Program-made: the position numbers and the translations under genes | Part shown: positions 12,011 through 21,472 of the stretch, piece by piece | Layout of the letters: each line of letters starts with the position of its first letter | How positions within the stretch are numbered: position 1 is the first letter of the stretch | Origin: Thermodesulfobacteriota bacterium | GTDB lineage: Bacteria > Desulfobacterota > Desulfobacteria > Desulfobacterales > C00003060 | Direction: 5' to 3' | Assembly (NCBI GenBank): GCA_034189385.1 | Contig: JAXHVD010000004.1 | Location: 64,001-128,000, forward strand | Length of the DNA stretch: 64,000 nt | The notes under the pieces: generated by a model | What the model was told of the DNA's origin: nothing | What the model saw: only the letters and a program-made list of their open reading frames with translations | Database searches by the model: none

Positions 12011-12337
12011 TCAGGCCATTGAGTAGTGCACTACCAGCCAGAGCGTCGCTCTTTCAGGGTCTGTCCATTCAACACGATGTCTCACATGGGCCCCTAGATG
12101 GATGTAGTCGCCTGGTTCCAAGATGATCATGTCCTCTCGTCCATGGACCCGTATGGCGGCTCTGCCCTGAACGAGCAGTACGAACTCATCGGTCTCCTGA
12201 TCGTACCAGAACCCTTTGGGTGAACTGTGCCCCCTGGATACGATTCGCTCAATCCTGACGCACTCTGAGGCACAAAGTACCTCTGTCAATTCTTCAGGCA
12301 ATTGTTCAGGAACTTGCTCCAGCAGGCTTCGCTTCAT
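12011..12337 (-). CDS. Small cupin-domain protein
   Basis: RIERIVSRGHSSPKGFWYDQETDEFVLL...HVRHRVEWT; the upstream part of the long ORF looks non-coding. Confidence 0.8.
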   Translation of the reverse strand: MKRSLLEQVPEQLPEELTEVLCASECVRIERIVSRGHSSPKGFWYDQETDEFVLLVQGRAAIRVHGREDMIILEPGDYIHLGAHVRHRVEWTDPERATLWLVVHYSMA

Positions 12338-13000
12338 GCCGGTCCTCTTGTCTTCCCAGTTGATCATGTCCCTGGTCATGATGTCTTTTTCCGCTGAGCA
12401 TTGAATCACGACCTTTCTCGTATTGAGTGAAAAGAGCATAAACAGGCTTTCTTTACAAGAACAACCCTGCCCGCAGAAAAAAACGGACCTTCTCTCCCAT
12501 ATTGAAGCCATCGTCTCTTCATGAAGACACACCGAATCAAGGGATCTTAGCCTCTTAACCATACGATGATGAGATTTAATCAATTCCTTCTCCCTTGGCC
12601 CATTATTGCCCATTTTCATATCTTCCCCTCGCACAGCTCCATATGGGGGCACAGAAAGGGCCCTTGCTCTCCATAGATTCACGCCCATGGCAATGGGTGA
12701 GGCCTCCCTCTTCACAAGCATTCTATTGAAGACCCTGCAGCAAGCTGCTTCGCAGCGACCGTAAGGAATATGTCTCATTTTATATACGCTCGCTAACCCC
12801 GCAGCCCGCGCCGCGCTAGCACTGCCAACGGGCAGAACCACTGCCGTCAGGCGGAACCTACGGGGGCTGCGCTCGCTTAATCGGTTCAACTTGATGAGAT
12901 GGCATAGCCAACCAACGATTGAAGGACCTCTTTTCTGTGTTGCACTAGACTTCAACCTGTGCTTATATCTATGGGAACCTGTAGCAGCCCGGTTTCCGAC

Positions 13001-13459
13001 ATGACAGACTCCTTCCAAGAATCCCGCACTTCCAGTGTCAAGTCTAAACTAGAAAAGCTTGCCCAAGGCATTTCGATGATCATAGAAGATGGATCTGAAG
13101 AGGAACGCCAAAGGCTCTTCATCTTGTTGCAGAGTCGCCGTGTATTGACCTTCCTCGAGACTTGGGAAAGAAGGGAACGGAGAAGAGACCCCAGGCACTC
13201 GTGCTCTATCTCAGTCACTTGTGCAACGGAGGATCATGTCTTCGAGGACTCCTTTGGAAACATAAGTACTGGTGGAGCCTTTGTCGAAACCTCCGAGGCC
13301 CTCTCACCTGGAGAGGACATGACATTGACCTTTTCGTCGCCAGACCTGGAAACGCCTATCAAGATCAAAGGAAAAGTCGTGTGGAGGACCTCACAAGGGA
13401 TCGGTGTCAAATTCACGACAGCAAGTAAGGACTTGCAGGCGATGATACTGTCGCTCTAG
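13001..13459 (+). CDS. PilZ-domain (c-di-GMP-binding) protein
   Basis: RRDPR (RxxxR) and NISTGG motifs; KVVW...GIGVKF. Confidence 0.8.
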   Translation: MTDSFQESRTSSVKSKLEKLAQGISMIIEDGSEEERQRLFILLQSRRVLTFLETWERRERRRDPRHSCSISVTCATEDHVFEDSFGNISTGGAFVETSEALSPGEDMTLTFSSPDLETPIKIKGKVVWRTSQGIGVKFTTASKDLQAMILSL

Positions 13460-13790
13460 CCCCCTCTTGGAGGCCGTTCTCAAAAGGCTTCTGCCTTTGC
13501 CACGGCTTTACCCTCTCTCCGTTCATTGGCAAGACGAAAGCCGCCACTTTGAAAGGTTCGGTCCCAACGCCCTTTGATTGGTCGTCGTATATTCCTATCC
13601 GCTCGTACGAGCTCAGTCCTTTCGAGGCACTGTGGCAACTCCTCCACCATGGCCTTGATTTTAGCTGTTATTTCGAGTATTCAAACGGCAATACTACAGG
13701 CAAGAGCACCCCTTGTTGGCCTGTCCAAAATGGGGTCCTCCTTTGACCCTGGAATCCTTTCAAGTGGGCTTGGTTGTCTCAATGTGACCT

Positions 13791-15317
13791 ATGAGTAGAT
13801 TCCTCTATACGGCACGGGCCGTCTTCCTGGGGCTATTGACCACACAGATCATAGCCACGCTTCATGTCTATCTCTCCAATGCAGACCTTTACCGCACCGT
13901 TTCGGCAATATCAGAGGCAGGCTATCTTCCAATTCCGAACCACCGTGTGGCATCCAGTCTCAACCAGTTTGGCCCTGCCCTCTGTGGGGGGCTGTTCTTC
14001 ACGCTGAGCATTGGTGCAGGTCTTTCCATCCTGTGGGTCTGCTGTGCCTGGATCTGGGATCGCCTTTTCGGCCGTAACTGTTCCCTTTTGATTCCCCTTG
14101 GACTTCTTTGGGTGGGCATGGCTGCGGCCATGAACAGCCAAGGCTTTTCGCCCATAGTGACCTCCTATTTCATAGTGACTCCCTTGGTGGTCTTTTGGGC
14201 TGCCTTGAAATGGATGCCCAATGAGGGGGAAAAGTGGGTATGGGTAAACAGGCTTACTCCCATCCTTCCTATTGTCCTCTTAACGCTCATATGGACAGCC
14301 CACACTATGTGGACGGCCCATAGGCATAAGTCATCCTTTGCGGATATTTTGTTTGAGGATATCAGGGATTACCTGTTGCTCTCAAACCCGGTGGGGGAAA
14401 AAGTGGATCACTTCTACTACCGCTACACCCTCTACCCGGCAGAGGTCTTTAAGTCCTTGGACCAGAAAACGCTCAAAACATGCCACGTAGCATCCATCAA
14501 GGACCAGGCAGTTGCCCGGAAGATAGAACACACGCTGATCCATTACGACTATCTCCCTGTGGCTGCAAGGGCGCCGATCGATTTGGATATCGCGGCATCG
14601 GCGGACGTGCTCTCGTTCAGGTACCGTGGCAAGACGATACTTCACACCTCGTACAAGGAATTTTTCTCTCAGCAGAAAAAGATGTTGACCTTTTTTTCTG
14701 CTGAAACAGACAGGCACGGGCCCTTTCGTCAGGCCACCATCCTGTGCCTTGTTCTAGGATTTCCAATCACTTTGTATGTGATGGTCTTTGCCTTGATCCA
14801 CTTTGTGTTTGGATTCCTGGTTGGTCCAAAACGCTATTCTTTGATCACAGGGGCTTTGTGTTTTCTTATAGGCCTGGCCCTATTGGCTCCCCTTCGCATC
14901 GGACGCTCAAAGACGACCGACGCCATGAACGTATCCAAAGCCCTTGCCTCTGAGTACTGGCAACAGAGGATACTGGCCTTGAGAAGGGTGGTAGAGAAGA
15001 GAATCGAGATCGGAGACCTTCCTGTCTATCACAAGATGATGACCAGCCCTCATGTGCCTGAGCGGTACTGGTTGGCCAAGGCCCTGGGAGAGAGTCGAGA
15101 TCCCGGGACCTATGAGGACCTTGTGACGCTCCTGGATGACCCTCATCCCAATGTGGTCTCCATGGCATTCTGTGGCCTGGGGCAACGAGGAGACAAAAAG
15201 GCTGTGCGCAACATCTTGGAAAGGATTGAGACCTCAGATCACTGGTACAATCAGTGGTATGCCTATAACGCTCTTCGAGATCTTGGCTGGGAACAACGGC
15301 CCGTCGCCTCGCAGTAA
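13791..15317 (+). CDS. Membrane protein with C-terminal HEAT-like repeats
   Basis: Multiple TM segments; ERYWLAKALG...LLDDPHPNVVSMAFCGLG. Confidence 0.7.
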   Translation: MSRFLYTARAVFLGLLTTQIIATLHVYLSNADLYRTVSAISEAGYLPIPNHRVASSLNQFGPALCGGLFFTLSIGAGLSILWVCCAWIWDRLFGRNCSLLIPLGLLWVGMAAAMNSQGFSPIVTSYFIVTPLVVFWAALKWMPNEGEKWVWVNRLTPILPIVLLTLIWTAHTMWTAHRHKSSFADILFEDIRDYLLLSNPVGEKVDHFYYRYTLYPAEVFKSLDQKTLKTCHVASIKDQAVARKIEHTLIHYDYLPVAARAPIDLDIAASADVLSFRYRGKTILHTSYKEFFSQQKKMLTFFSAETDRHGPFRQATILCLVLGFPITLYVMVFALIHFVFGFLVGPKRYSLITGALCFLIGLALLAPLRIGRSKTTDAMNVSKALASEYWQQRILALRRVVEKRIEIGDLPVYHKMMTSPHVPERYWLAKALGESRDPGTYEDLVTLLDDPHPNVVSMAFCGLGQRGDKKAVRNILERIETSDHWYNQWYAYNALRDLGWEQRPVASQ

Positions 15318-15451
15318 ATGTGAGGCCTTTGCTTAACTGTTTCGAACGTTCATTGTTGGCTTTTGGGGGACCCATCCGGCGGGGGTGAGCGGTCCGCCTT
15401 GGCGGATCAAAAAGTCCACACAACCAAGGGAGAAGGCGTTGCGCAAAGGTC

Positions 15452-17839
15452 TCAAGGTGTGTTTGTGTGGTCGTGGCTCATTAATACTAAAGAACACCCT
15501 AGGAGCACCCCCCAAACCAGAATCACCACAGGCATACCGTGACCATTGCCCATCCCGCCCGAGCCAGCCGCCGCAATAAAACAGGTGCCGCCACCGCCGC
15601 TGGTATCTTTCGGCAATCCCACCCCGCCGGTCTCCAAGATATACCCATTCACCATTCGGTCAGCATCGCCGTCGCCACCGTCGGTGAACTCCAAGGCAAC
15701 AGAGGTCCTGTCTCCACTGAAGGTGGCATGCTCGGAGTAGTCATACCAGCCCGTGATAGGGTCATATCTGTACCATTTTGAGCCCTTGGGAGCTGCGTCC
15801 GAGAGGTGCACGACCGCTGTGGCCGCGCCATCCTCGCTTGTGGCCTTTAACCTGAAACGAATAAGTCCAAATGGGAACCGGTCAGGCCTGTTGATCCGTT
15901 CTTCAACGTCCTCAGGATCAATTGATTCAAAATATTCCAAAAAGCTATGGGCGTCTCCAGGGCTCACACCGATGGCTTTGTCTCCTGTGACACCCAGAGC
16001 TTTCACTGCCAAGTCTCCTGCCACTTGGCCTTCTGGGGCTTCCTGCTCAGCCGGAACCCCAGTGGAGATGACACGCCAAATAGCGAGGCCGCCGATGACC
16101 CCAGTAGGTGTCTGCGTGGTCACATAGAGGGAACTGCCATCAAATGCGATGCCCTGCACATCGTGGGAGGTCGTGGCTAGCTCAGTCTTCGTGGGACCCT
16201 GAATCTGAAAAACCTTTTTTCCTGCACCAGTGGTCACATAGACAAGGTCATTATATCCGTACACGGCACCAACCAGGCCGTCTTCAAAAACGAGATAATC
16301 CAAATGGGTCATCTCGCCTGAAGCAGCATCAATAAGATGGAAATAGCCGCTGCCGCCCCACACCGATTCCCCATACACCAGGGTCGTCTCATCGCTAAAA
16401 ATGATCGGACCGTTTCCACCTTCATGGGGCTGGGGGAAACTGGCCCTTTCGATGGCAGCCGTGAACCCACTGTTGACCTGATACAGATACATGTTTCCCG
16501 GAGGAAAGTCCCCTGAGGCAAACCAGATGACGTCTGTCCAGGGATTCTGGGTAAAGGAAAAGATGCTACCCTGGGCGCCGGAAGGGAAAGAGGCTACGGA
16601 AGGCACAGAAGCCGTTAAGTCAATGCGATAGATCTTGTCCGTGTTGCCGTTGTCGTGGAAGTAGAGATAATGGTCGCGGCTAATCAGAAAACCAGAAGGG
16701 CCAAAGCCGAAATCAGGTTCCTCGCTCAGATCTAAGACCTCTTTCTTGTCCCCTGTGATGAGGTGATAGGCGTAGATTTTGCCATCATGGCCAGCGTAGA
16801 TCAACTGATGGTCATGATAGGCAAGGGCGCTGTTCCAGGCAAAGGCCGCAGGATCGGGCTCCCCCAGGTACCTGGCGCGATAGGGAGGTGTGGGCACCAC
16901 TTGAACGGCCACGTCTGGGTTCCACAGCCCATGGAAGCTGATCGCGCCATCGTCCTGTCCCCCTGAAAATGGTACCTGTGTACCGACATAAAAAGACATG
17001 CCATCAAAGGCCAGACCCTGGGCATCATCAACGGTCGTGGCTATTGGCGTCTTGGCGGTGCCCTGCACTTCATAGATGGTTTTGCCTCCACCGGAAGTGG
17101 CATAGACCACCTGGTTGTAGCCGTAGGCAGCGCTGGCCAGGCCGCCATCAAAGACTAGATAATCCTCAGCAGCCATGTCCCCTGTGATGGAATCGACCAG
17201 ATGGAAATAGCCATCACCTCCCCAGACGGACTCCCCGTAAAGGAGCGTGGTTGTTCCGTTGAAAATGATTGGGCCGCTGCCACCTTCATGGGGTTGCGGA
17301 AAGGTCGCCCGTTGGGTAGCCCTGGTAAAGGCCCGATCTACCTCGAATAGATACATGTCTCCAGGGGGAAAGTCTGCCGAGGCGAACCAGAGCACATCTG
17401 TCCAGGGGTTCTCGGCAAAGCTAAAGATGCTACCAGAGGCAGCCGTGTCAACGGTTTCAAGATCAGGAGGCCAAGTGGTCGTGAGATCAATACGGTATAT
17501 GTTCTTGGTCTTGCCGTTGTCATGGAAGTAAAGGTAGTTGTCATGGCTGAGCAAGAAGCCGGAAGGGCCAAAACCAAATTTGGGATCACTGCTCAGGTCC
17601 AGCACCTCACTAGACGTGGCATTGGTCAGATCATAGGCGTAGATCTTCTGATCGTTGGCCGGATAGATCAATTGACGCTCATAGTAGCAAATGGAGCTGT
17701 TCCAGGTGAAGGGAGTCGGATAAGGAGTTTCAAGTGGTGAGGACTGCCAAAAATCTGTGGGCGTAATAGCTGCCGATAAACTCTCTCCCAACACAAACGC
17801 AAAAGACACGGCAAAGGCCATGACCATGAATTTTTTCAT
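15452..17839 (-). CDS. Secreted/surface protein: two tandem beta-propeller-like repeats, choice-of-anchor-U-like domain, GGGG-CFI-type C-terminal anchor
   Basis: Signal peptide MKKFMVMAFAV; duplicated block (FGFGPSGFL...YLYFHDNG...YGESVWGG); FPFGLIRF...WYRYDPITGW...DGGDGDAD; GGGGGTCFIAAAG plus TM helix. Confidence 0.75.
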   Translation of the reverse strand: MKKFMVMAFAVSFAFVLGESLSAAITPTDFWQSSPLETPYPTPFTWNSSICYYERQLIYPANDQKIYAYDLTNATSSEVLDLSSDPKFGFGPSGFLLSHDNYLYFHDNGKTKNIYRIDLTTTWPPDLETVDTAASGSIFSFAENPWTDVLWFASADFPPGDMYLFEVDRAFTRATQRATFPQPHEGGSGPIIFNGTTTLLYGESVWGGDGYFHLVDSITGDMAAEDYLVFDGGLASAAYGYNQVVYATSGGGKTIYEVQGTAKTPIATTVDDAQGLAFDGMSFYVGTQVPFSGGQDDGAISFHGLWNPDVAVQVVPTPPYRARYLGEPDPAAFAWNSALAYHDHQLIYAGHDGKIYAYHLITGDKKEVLDLSEEPDFGFGPSGFLISRDHYLYFHDNGNTDKIYRIDLTASVPSVASFPSGAQGSIFSFTQNPWTDVIWFASGDFPPGNMYLYQVNSGFTAAIERASFPQPHEGGNGPIIFSDETTLVYGESVWGGSGYFHLIDAASGEMTHLDYLVFEDGLVGAVYGYNDLVYVTTGAGKKVFQIQGPTKTELATTSHDVQGIAFDGSSLYVTTQTPTGVIGGLAIWRVISTGVPAEQEAPEGQVAGDLAVKALGVTGDKAIGVSPGDAHSFLEYFESIDPEDVEERINRPDRFPFGLIRFRLKATSEDGAATAVVHLSDAAPKGSKWYRYDPITGWYDYSEHATFSGDRTSVALEFTDGGDGDADRMVNGYILETGGVGLPKDTSGGGGTCFIAAAGSGGMGNGHGMPVVILVWGVLLGCSLVLMSHDHTNTP

Positions 17840-17887
17840 GACATTACTCCCCTGCAATGAGGATTACTTCCCGCCATGTGCCGCGAT

Positions 17888-17942
17888 AAAGGGCAAAAAA
17901 ATCCCCAGACTGACCACGTCAGCCTGGGGATGTCCCTTTTTT
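17888..17942 (-). terminator. Riboswitch expression-platform terminator
   Basis: Minus strand ATCCCCAGGCTGAC-GTG-GTCAGTCTGGGGAT followed by a T-run. Confidence 0.7.
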
Positions 17943-18000
17943 ACCCACAAACTGCATCGCGTCCACAATCCAGCACCGTCGATTGTAACGCAATCTTCTC

Positions 18001-18168
18001 CTGCGGCAGGTCTTCTGGCTCTCGGATCACCCTACGGACCGCACCTTCCCATCCCCCTTCTGGAGAACAGTGGCATAGTTGCGGCCTTTGTCCCCGATCA
18101 CAGCGGCGGGCCCACTCCCGATTTGAACGGGATTCCCTATTAAGCCCTAACGGGCGCCACAAATTTGT
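18001..18168 (-). ncRNA. Cobalamin (AdoCbl) riboswitch
   Basis: Minus strand AATAGGGAATCCCGTTCAAATCGGGAG...CCCGCCGCTGTGA...GCCACTG...GGGAAGG...GAGCCAGAAGACCTGCC (B12 box); TTGACA-17-TATGTA promoter just upstream. Confidence 0.95.
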
Positions 18169-18257
18169 ACATAAACCAAAATGTCCCTAGTGTCAACTGT
18201 TGCCCAAACCGATAAGCATCGACCGCGTGCGACCGTGAGCGTCTCCTTGCTTCTACC

Positions 18258-18911
18258 TCATGGTGCGCCCCCTATATGAATGCTGATCCTGTGGGCCATC
18301 TTGGCATCCAAGTCTTCAAGTTCAATCCCCAAGGCGATCCTCTCCCCATTTTGATTCGTGTTTCTAACCTTTCCCTGAAAGTGCTGAATCCCCCCCATCC
18401 CCAACACTGTAAAAGAAAGCCTCACGTCATCCACCACGTAGACCTTTAAAGGCTTGAGCCCCGGGGGGACCTTGATGTTGAATTTACATCCTTCGCGACT
18501 GATGTCAGAGATCACCCCCTTCACCTCCTCCCCGTCGAATCGTGCAACAGCAGGAATGTAGCAACTTATCCTCCGACTCTTTCGCACATTGAGACTGACC
18601 ACTGTTCCGGGATAGGACAAGAAAATGAGTCGGAAGGGTTTAACAATGGAGGCCAACACTGTAGAGCGAAACTCGTACGCATTGTCCAGGCAAAAATAGC
18701 GCACCACAAACCGATTTCCCTCTTCAAAATGGCGCCCCACGTCGAAAATCAGGGGCATCTGGACAATGAGGTAGGCTGGAGGCTCCAATCCCACGAGGAT
18801 GCTTTCAAAGTGTTCTTCCATCCCTTCTATTTGAATAGATAACTCGCTTCCCAATTCAATATTGAGACGCATCCCCGCACAATTATGATTGGTTCGTTTC
18901 TCTTGGGACAT
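18258..18911 (-). CDS. YcgR-like flagellar-brake/PilZ protein
   Basis: PilZN-like N-terminus followed by RKSRR and DISREGC motifs. Confidence 0.8.
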   Translation of the reverse strand: MSQEKRTNHNCAGMRLNIELGSELSIQIEGMEEHFESILVGLEPPAYLIVQMPLIFDVGRHFEEGNRFVVRYFCLDNAYEFRSTVLASIVKPFRLIFLSYPGTVVSLNVRKSRRISCYIPAVARFDGEEVKGVISDISREGCKFNIKVPPGLKPLKVYVVDDVRLSFTVLGMGGIQHFQGKVRNTNQNGERIALGIELEDLDAKMAHRISIHIGGAP

Positions 18912-18961
18912 CTACCTCGCACCTCCCAATATCCATCGGGCCCAACAGAGCTCACATCCGG

Positions 18962-19798
18962 CTAAATCCGGCCAACGCCCCTGACCCTGGAGGGCCGCTC
19001 CACGCGGCCGGGCCCTCCGACACCCCCGATGCCATCGATCGCACTTCCACCTCTGGCCGGCCGTGTGGCAGTCCGCTGGCCCATGCCGTTGACACGGCTC
19101 ATGCGTTTTCCCTGCATCTCTCCTGGCTTCTCCCGTGGGGGCTTCCAAGCAGTTGCCTCCTTGTGGGCCTTGGAAGGGTCTTTTCCCTTCTCTCCTGCAC
19201 CCCCTGAGGCCCTGCAAAACGCCTCTGTCCATCGGTGCAAAAGGGCCTTCCCTTCTTTGACAACTAAGAACGACCTCTTTTTCATGAAATCAAAGAGATG
19301 TGGTATTGTCTCCCCCACAAGGGTCTGGACAAACCGTCTTGTCTTTTCCCAGGGGCCTTTTCCAACCTTGGCCAGCCTCTCAGCTCCCCATTGAATGATG
19401 GATTTGACTGATTTCAAAATGAAATGCCCGCCCCTTTTCACCGAATCAGGCAGGGGTAAACGGGCAAGTTCCTGCTGGATGTCAGTACGTGCTCTCAGCA
19501 AAAAGGTGGTGGCAGTTTCCAGACGATTCTCTCTGGACTTACGTGCAGCCGGTTGGACCCAGGGCCATAGCTTTTGCCAGGATATCCCCTTGTGTTTGGA
19601 CATCAAATAGGATCTTACCTGGGCATAAGCGATATTGACCCTTCTGATATTCTCTTCAGCCCTTGGCCTTAGGATGGAATCATGAGAGAATCGATCAGGA
19701 TGCCAGATTTTAACTTGAGCCTTATAGGCCCGTTTGGCCTCATCAAGCGTTGCATCCGGTTTCAGTCCAAGGATTTCAAGAGACTTTTCAATATCCAT
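18962..19798 (-). CDS. J-domain (DnaJ-like) protein
   Basis: LEILGL...AKRAYKAQVKIWHPDRF...INIAY-like J domain with HPD. Confidence 0.75.
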   Translation of the reverse strand: MDIEKSLEILGLKPDATLDEAKRAYKAQVKIWHPDRFSHDSILRPRAEENIRRVNIAYAQVRSYLMSKHKGISWQKLWPWVQPAARKSRENRLETATTFLLRARTDIQQELARLPLPDSVKRGGHFILKSVKSIIQWGAERLAKVGKGPWEKTRRFVQTLVGETIPHLFDFMKKRSFLVVKEGKALLHRWTEAFCRASGGAGEKGKDPSKAHKEATAWKPPREKPGEMQGKRMSRVNGMGQRTATRPARGGSAIDGIGGVGGPGRVERPSRVRGVGRI

Positions 19799-19988
19799 GA
19801 CAGTGGGTTCCGACCTCCAGAAAGCCTTTGGGGACGGGAATCATCCCGTGCACATGGCGCGCCTATTGAGTATAGAACTTTTTGTGGTTACAATCAAGTT
19901 GCCTTTTGGGTGCCTAATCTTATATTCGGTAATAGGCATACCTTGTTTCATGAGAGGGTAACAGGGACACCCGCAAGGAGGAATAACC

Positions 19989-20504
19989 ATGGAACTGAAC
20001 GGGAAAAAGGTGGTCATCCTGGTAGAGGAGCTCTTTAATGATCTCGAATTCTGGTACCCCTATTTCCGGCTCAAAGAGGCAGGGGCCGAGGTCATCGTTG
20101 TGGGCTCGGGAAGTGCTCAACTATTCACGGGAAAGTCCGGGTCCCAGACAAAGCCCGATGCCAGTGCTAACGAGATTTTAGGAGAGGATGTTGACGGAGT
20201 CATCATACCCGGGGGCTATGCACCCGATCACATGCGCCGGTATCCTGCCATGGTAAACCTCGTGAGAGATCTCTTTGAGGCGGGCAAGGTGGTGGCCGCC
20301 ATCTGTCATGGGGGCTGGATGCTGGCTTCAGCGAAGATCCTCAAAGGCCGCACCGTCACATCCTTTTTCTCCATCAAGGACGATCTTGTCCATGCCGGTG
20401 CAAACTTCGTGGACAAAGAGGTAGTCGTAGACGGCAAGTTGATCACCAGCCGGAAGCCGGATGATCTCCCTGCCTTTATGAAGGCCATCATGGCAGCACT
20501 TTAA
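19989..20504 (+). CDS. PfpI/DJ-1 family protein
   Basis: IIPGGYAPD, AAICHG, TSRKPDDLPAF. Confidence 0.92.
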   Translation: MELNGKKVVILVEELFNDLEFWYPYFRLKEAGAEVIVVGSGSAQLFTGKSGSQTKPDASANEILGEDVDGVIIPGGYAPDHMRRYPAMVNLVRDLFEAGKVVAAICHGGWMLASAKILKGRTVTSFFSIKDDLVHAGANFVDKEVVVDGKLITSRKPDDLPAFMKAIMAAL

Positions 20505-20524
20505 AGAAAAGGGAGGCCAGGAGC

Positions 20525-21472
20525 ATGAACTGGAATCATCCTATAACCAGAAGACAATCGTTAAAGAGACTCGCCCGCATATCGGCAGGCCTTACAGGGG
20601 TGGCCATTGGCGGGTATTCTTTTCTGTCCCCTGGAAGTGCCAAGGCGGAGACCGGAGACGGGAAATTGCTTGTCGAAGGTGTTGCCACGAAAAAGGGCTA
20701 CAAGACTAAAGAACTGATCGTGAAGATCCTTAAAGCCGCCGGCGGCATGGAACGATTTGTCTCAAGAGGAGACGTGGTCGTCATCAAGCCTAATGTCTCG
20801 TGGGCAAGATCTCCTGAACTGGCAGCGACGACAAACCCGGAGGTCATAGAAGCGGTCATTGAGCTTTGCCTGGACGCGGGAGCCAAAAAGGTCAGGATCG
20901 CCGACCACACCATTCATGATGCCCGGCGTTGTTTTGCCCTGACCGGCGTGGGAGAGGTGGCCAAGAAGACAGGGGCCGATCTTGTCTTTCCAAGGCCCGC
21001 CCTCATGAAGCAGATGAAACTCCATGGGCAACGCCTGGATGTCTGGCCGGTCTTTGTCCCTTTGGTAGAGGCCGACAAGGTCCTGAACGTGCCTGTGGCC
21101 AAGGACCATGGGCTCAGCACATTGACGCTGGGCATGAAGAACTGGATCGGGGCTGTGGGCGGAAGGAGGAGCGCCCTTCACCAGGACATCCATCAGACGA
21201 TTGTGGACCTAGCCCAGTTTTTCAAACCCACCCTGACCCTCATAGATGCCACGAGAATCATGACAAAAAACGGTCCTTCCGGCGGAAGCCCCACAGACGT
21301 GGCTGTGAAGAATACCGTTATCTTAAGCAATGATCAGGTGGCCGCAGATGCCAAGGCCTGTGGCCTCTTTGGCCTTGCCCCCGAGGAGATCGGTTTTGTC
21401 CGCCTCGGACAAAAATGGGGCCTGGGGACCTATGATCCACAAAAACTGATACAGCAAAAGGTCGTCTTGTGA
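20525..21472 (+). CDS. Tat-exported DUF362 protein
   Basis: TRRQSLK Tat-like signal; VVIKPN, PVAKDH, TLGMKN, DQVAAD. Confidence 0.85.
   Translation: MNWNHPITRRQSLKRLARISAGLTGVAIGGYSFLSPGSAKAETGDGKLLVEGVATKKGYKTKELIVKILKAAGGMERFVSRGDVVVIKPNVSWARSPELAATTNPEVIEAVIELCLDAGAKKVRIADHTIHDARRCFALTGVGEVAKKTGADLVFPRPALMKQMKLHGQRLDVWPVFVPLVEADKVLNVPVAKDHGLSTLTLGMKNWIGAVGGRRSALHQDIHQTIVDLAQFFKPTLTLIDATRIMTKNGPSGGSPTDVAVKNTVILSNDQVAADAKACGLFGLAPEEIGFVRLGQKWGLGTYDPQKLIQQKVVL

Noticed and set aside
12338..13018. 335-aa ORF upstream part and GC-rich inverted repeat at about 12790-12875
   Set aside because: Only the C-terminal cupin looks real; the hairpin is single-copy in the window and could not be assigned.
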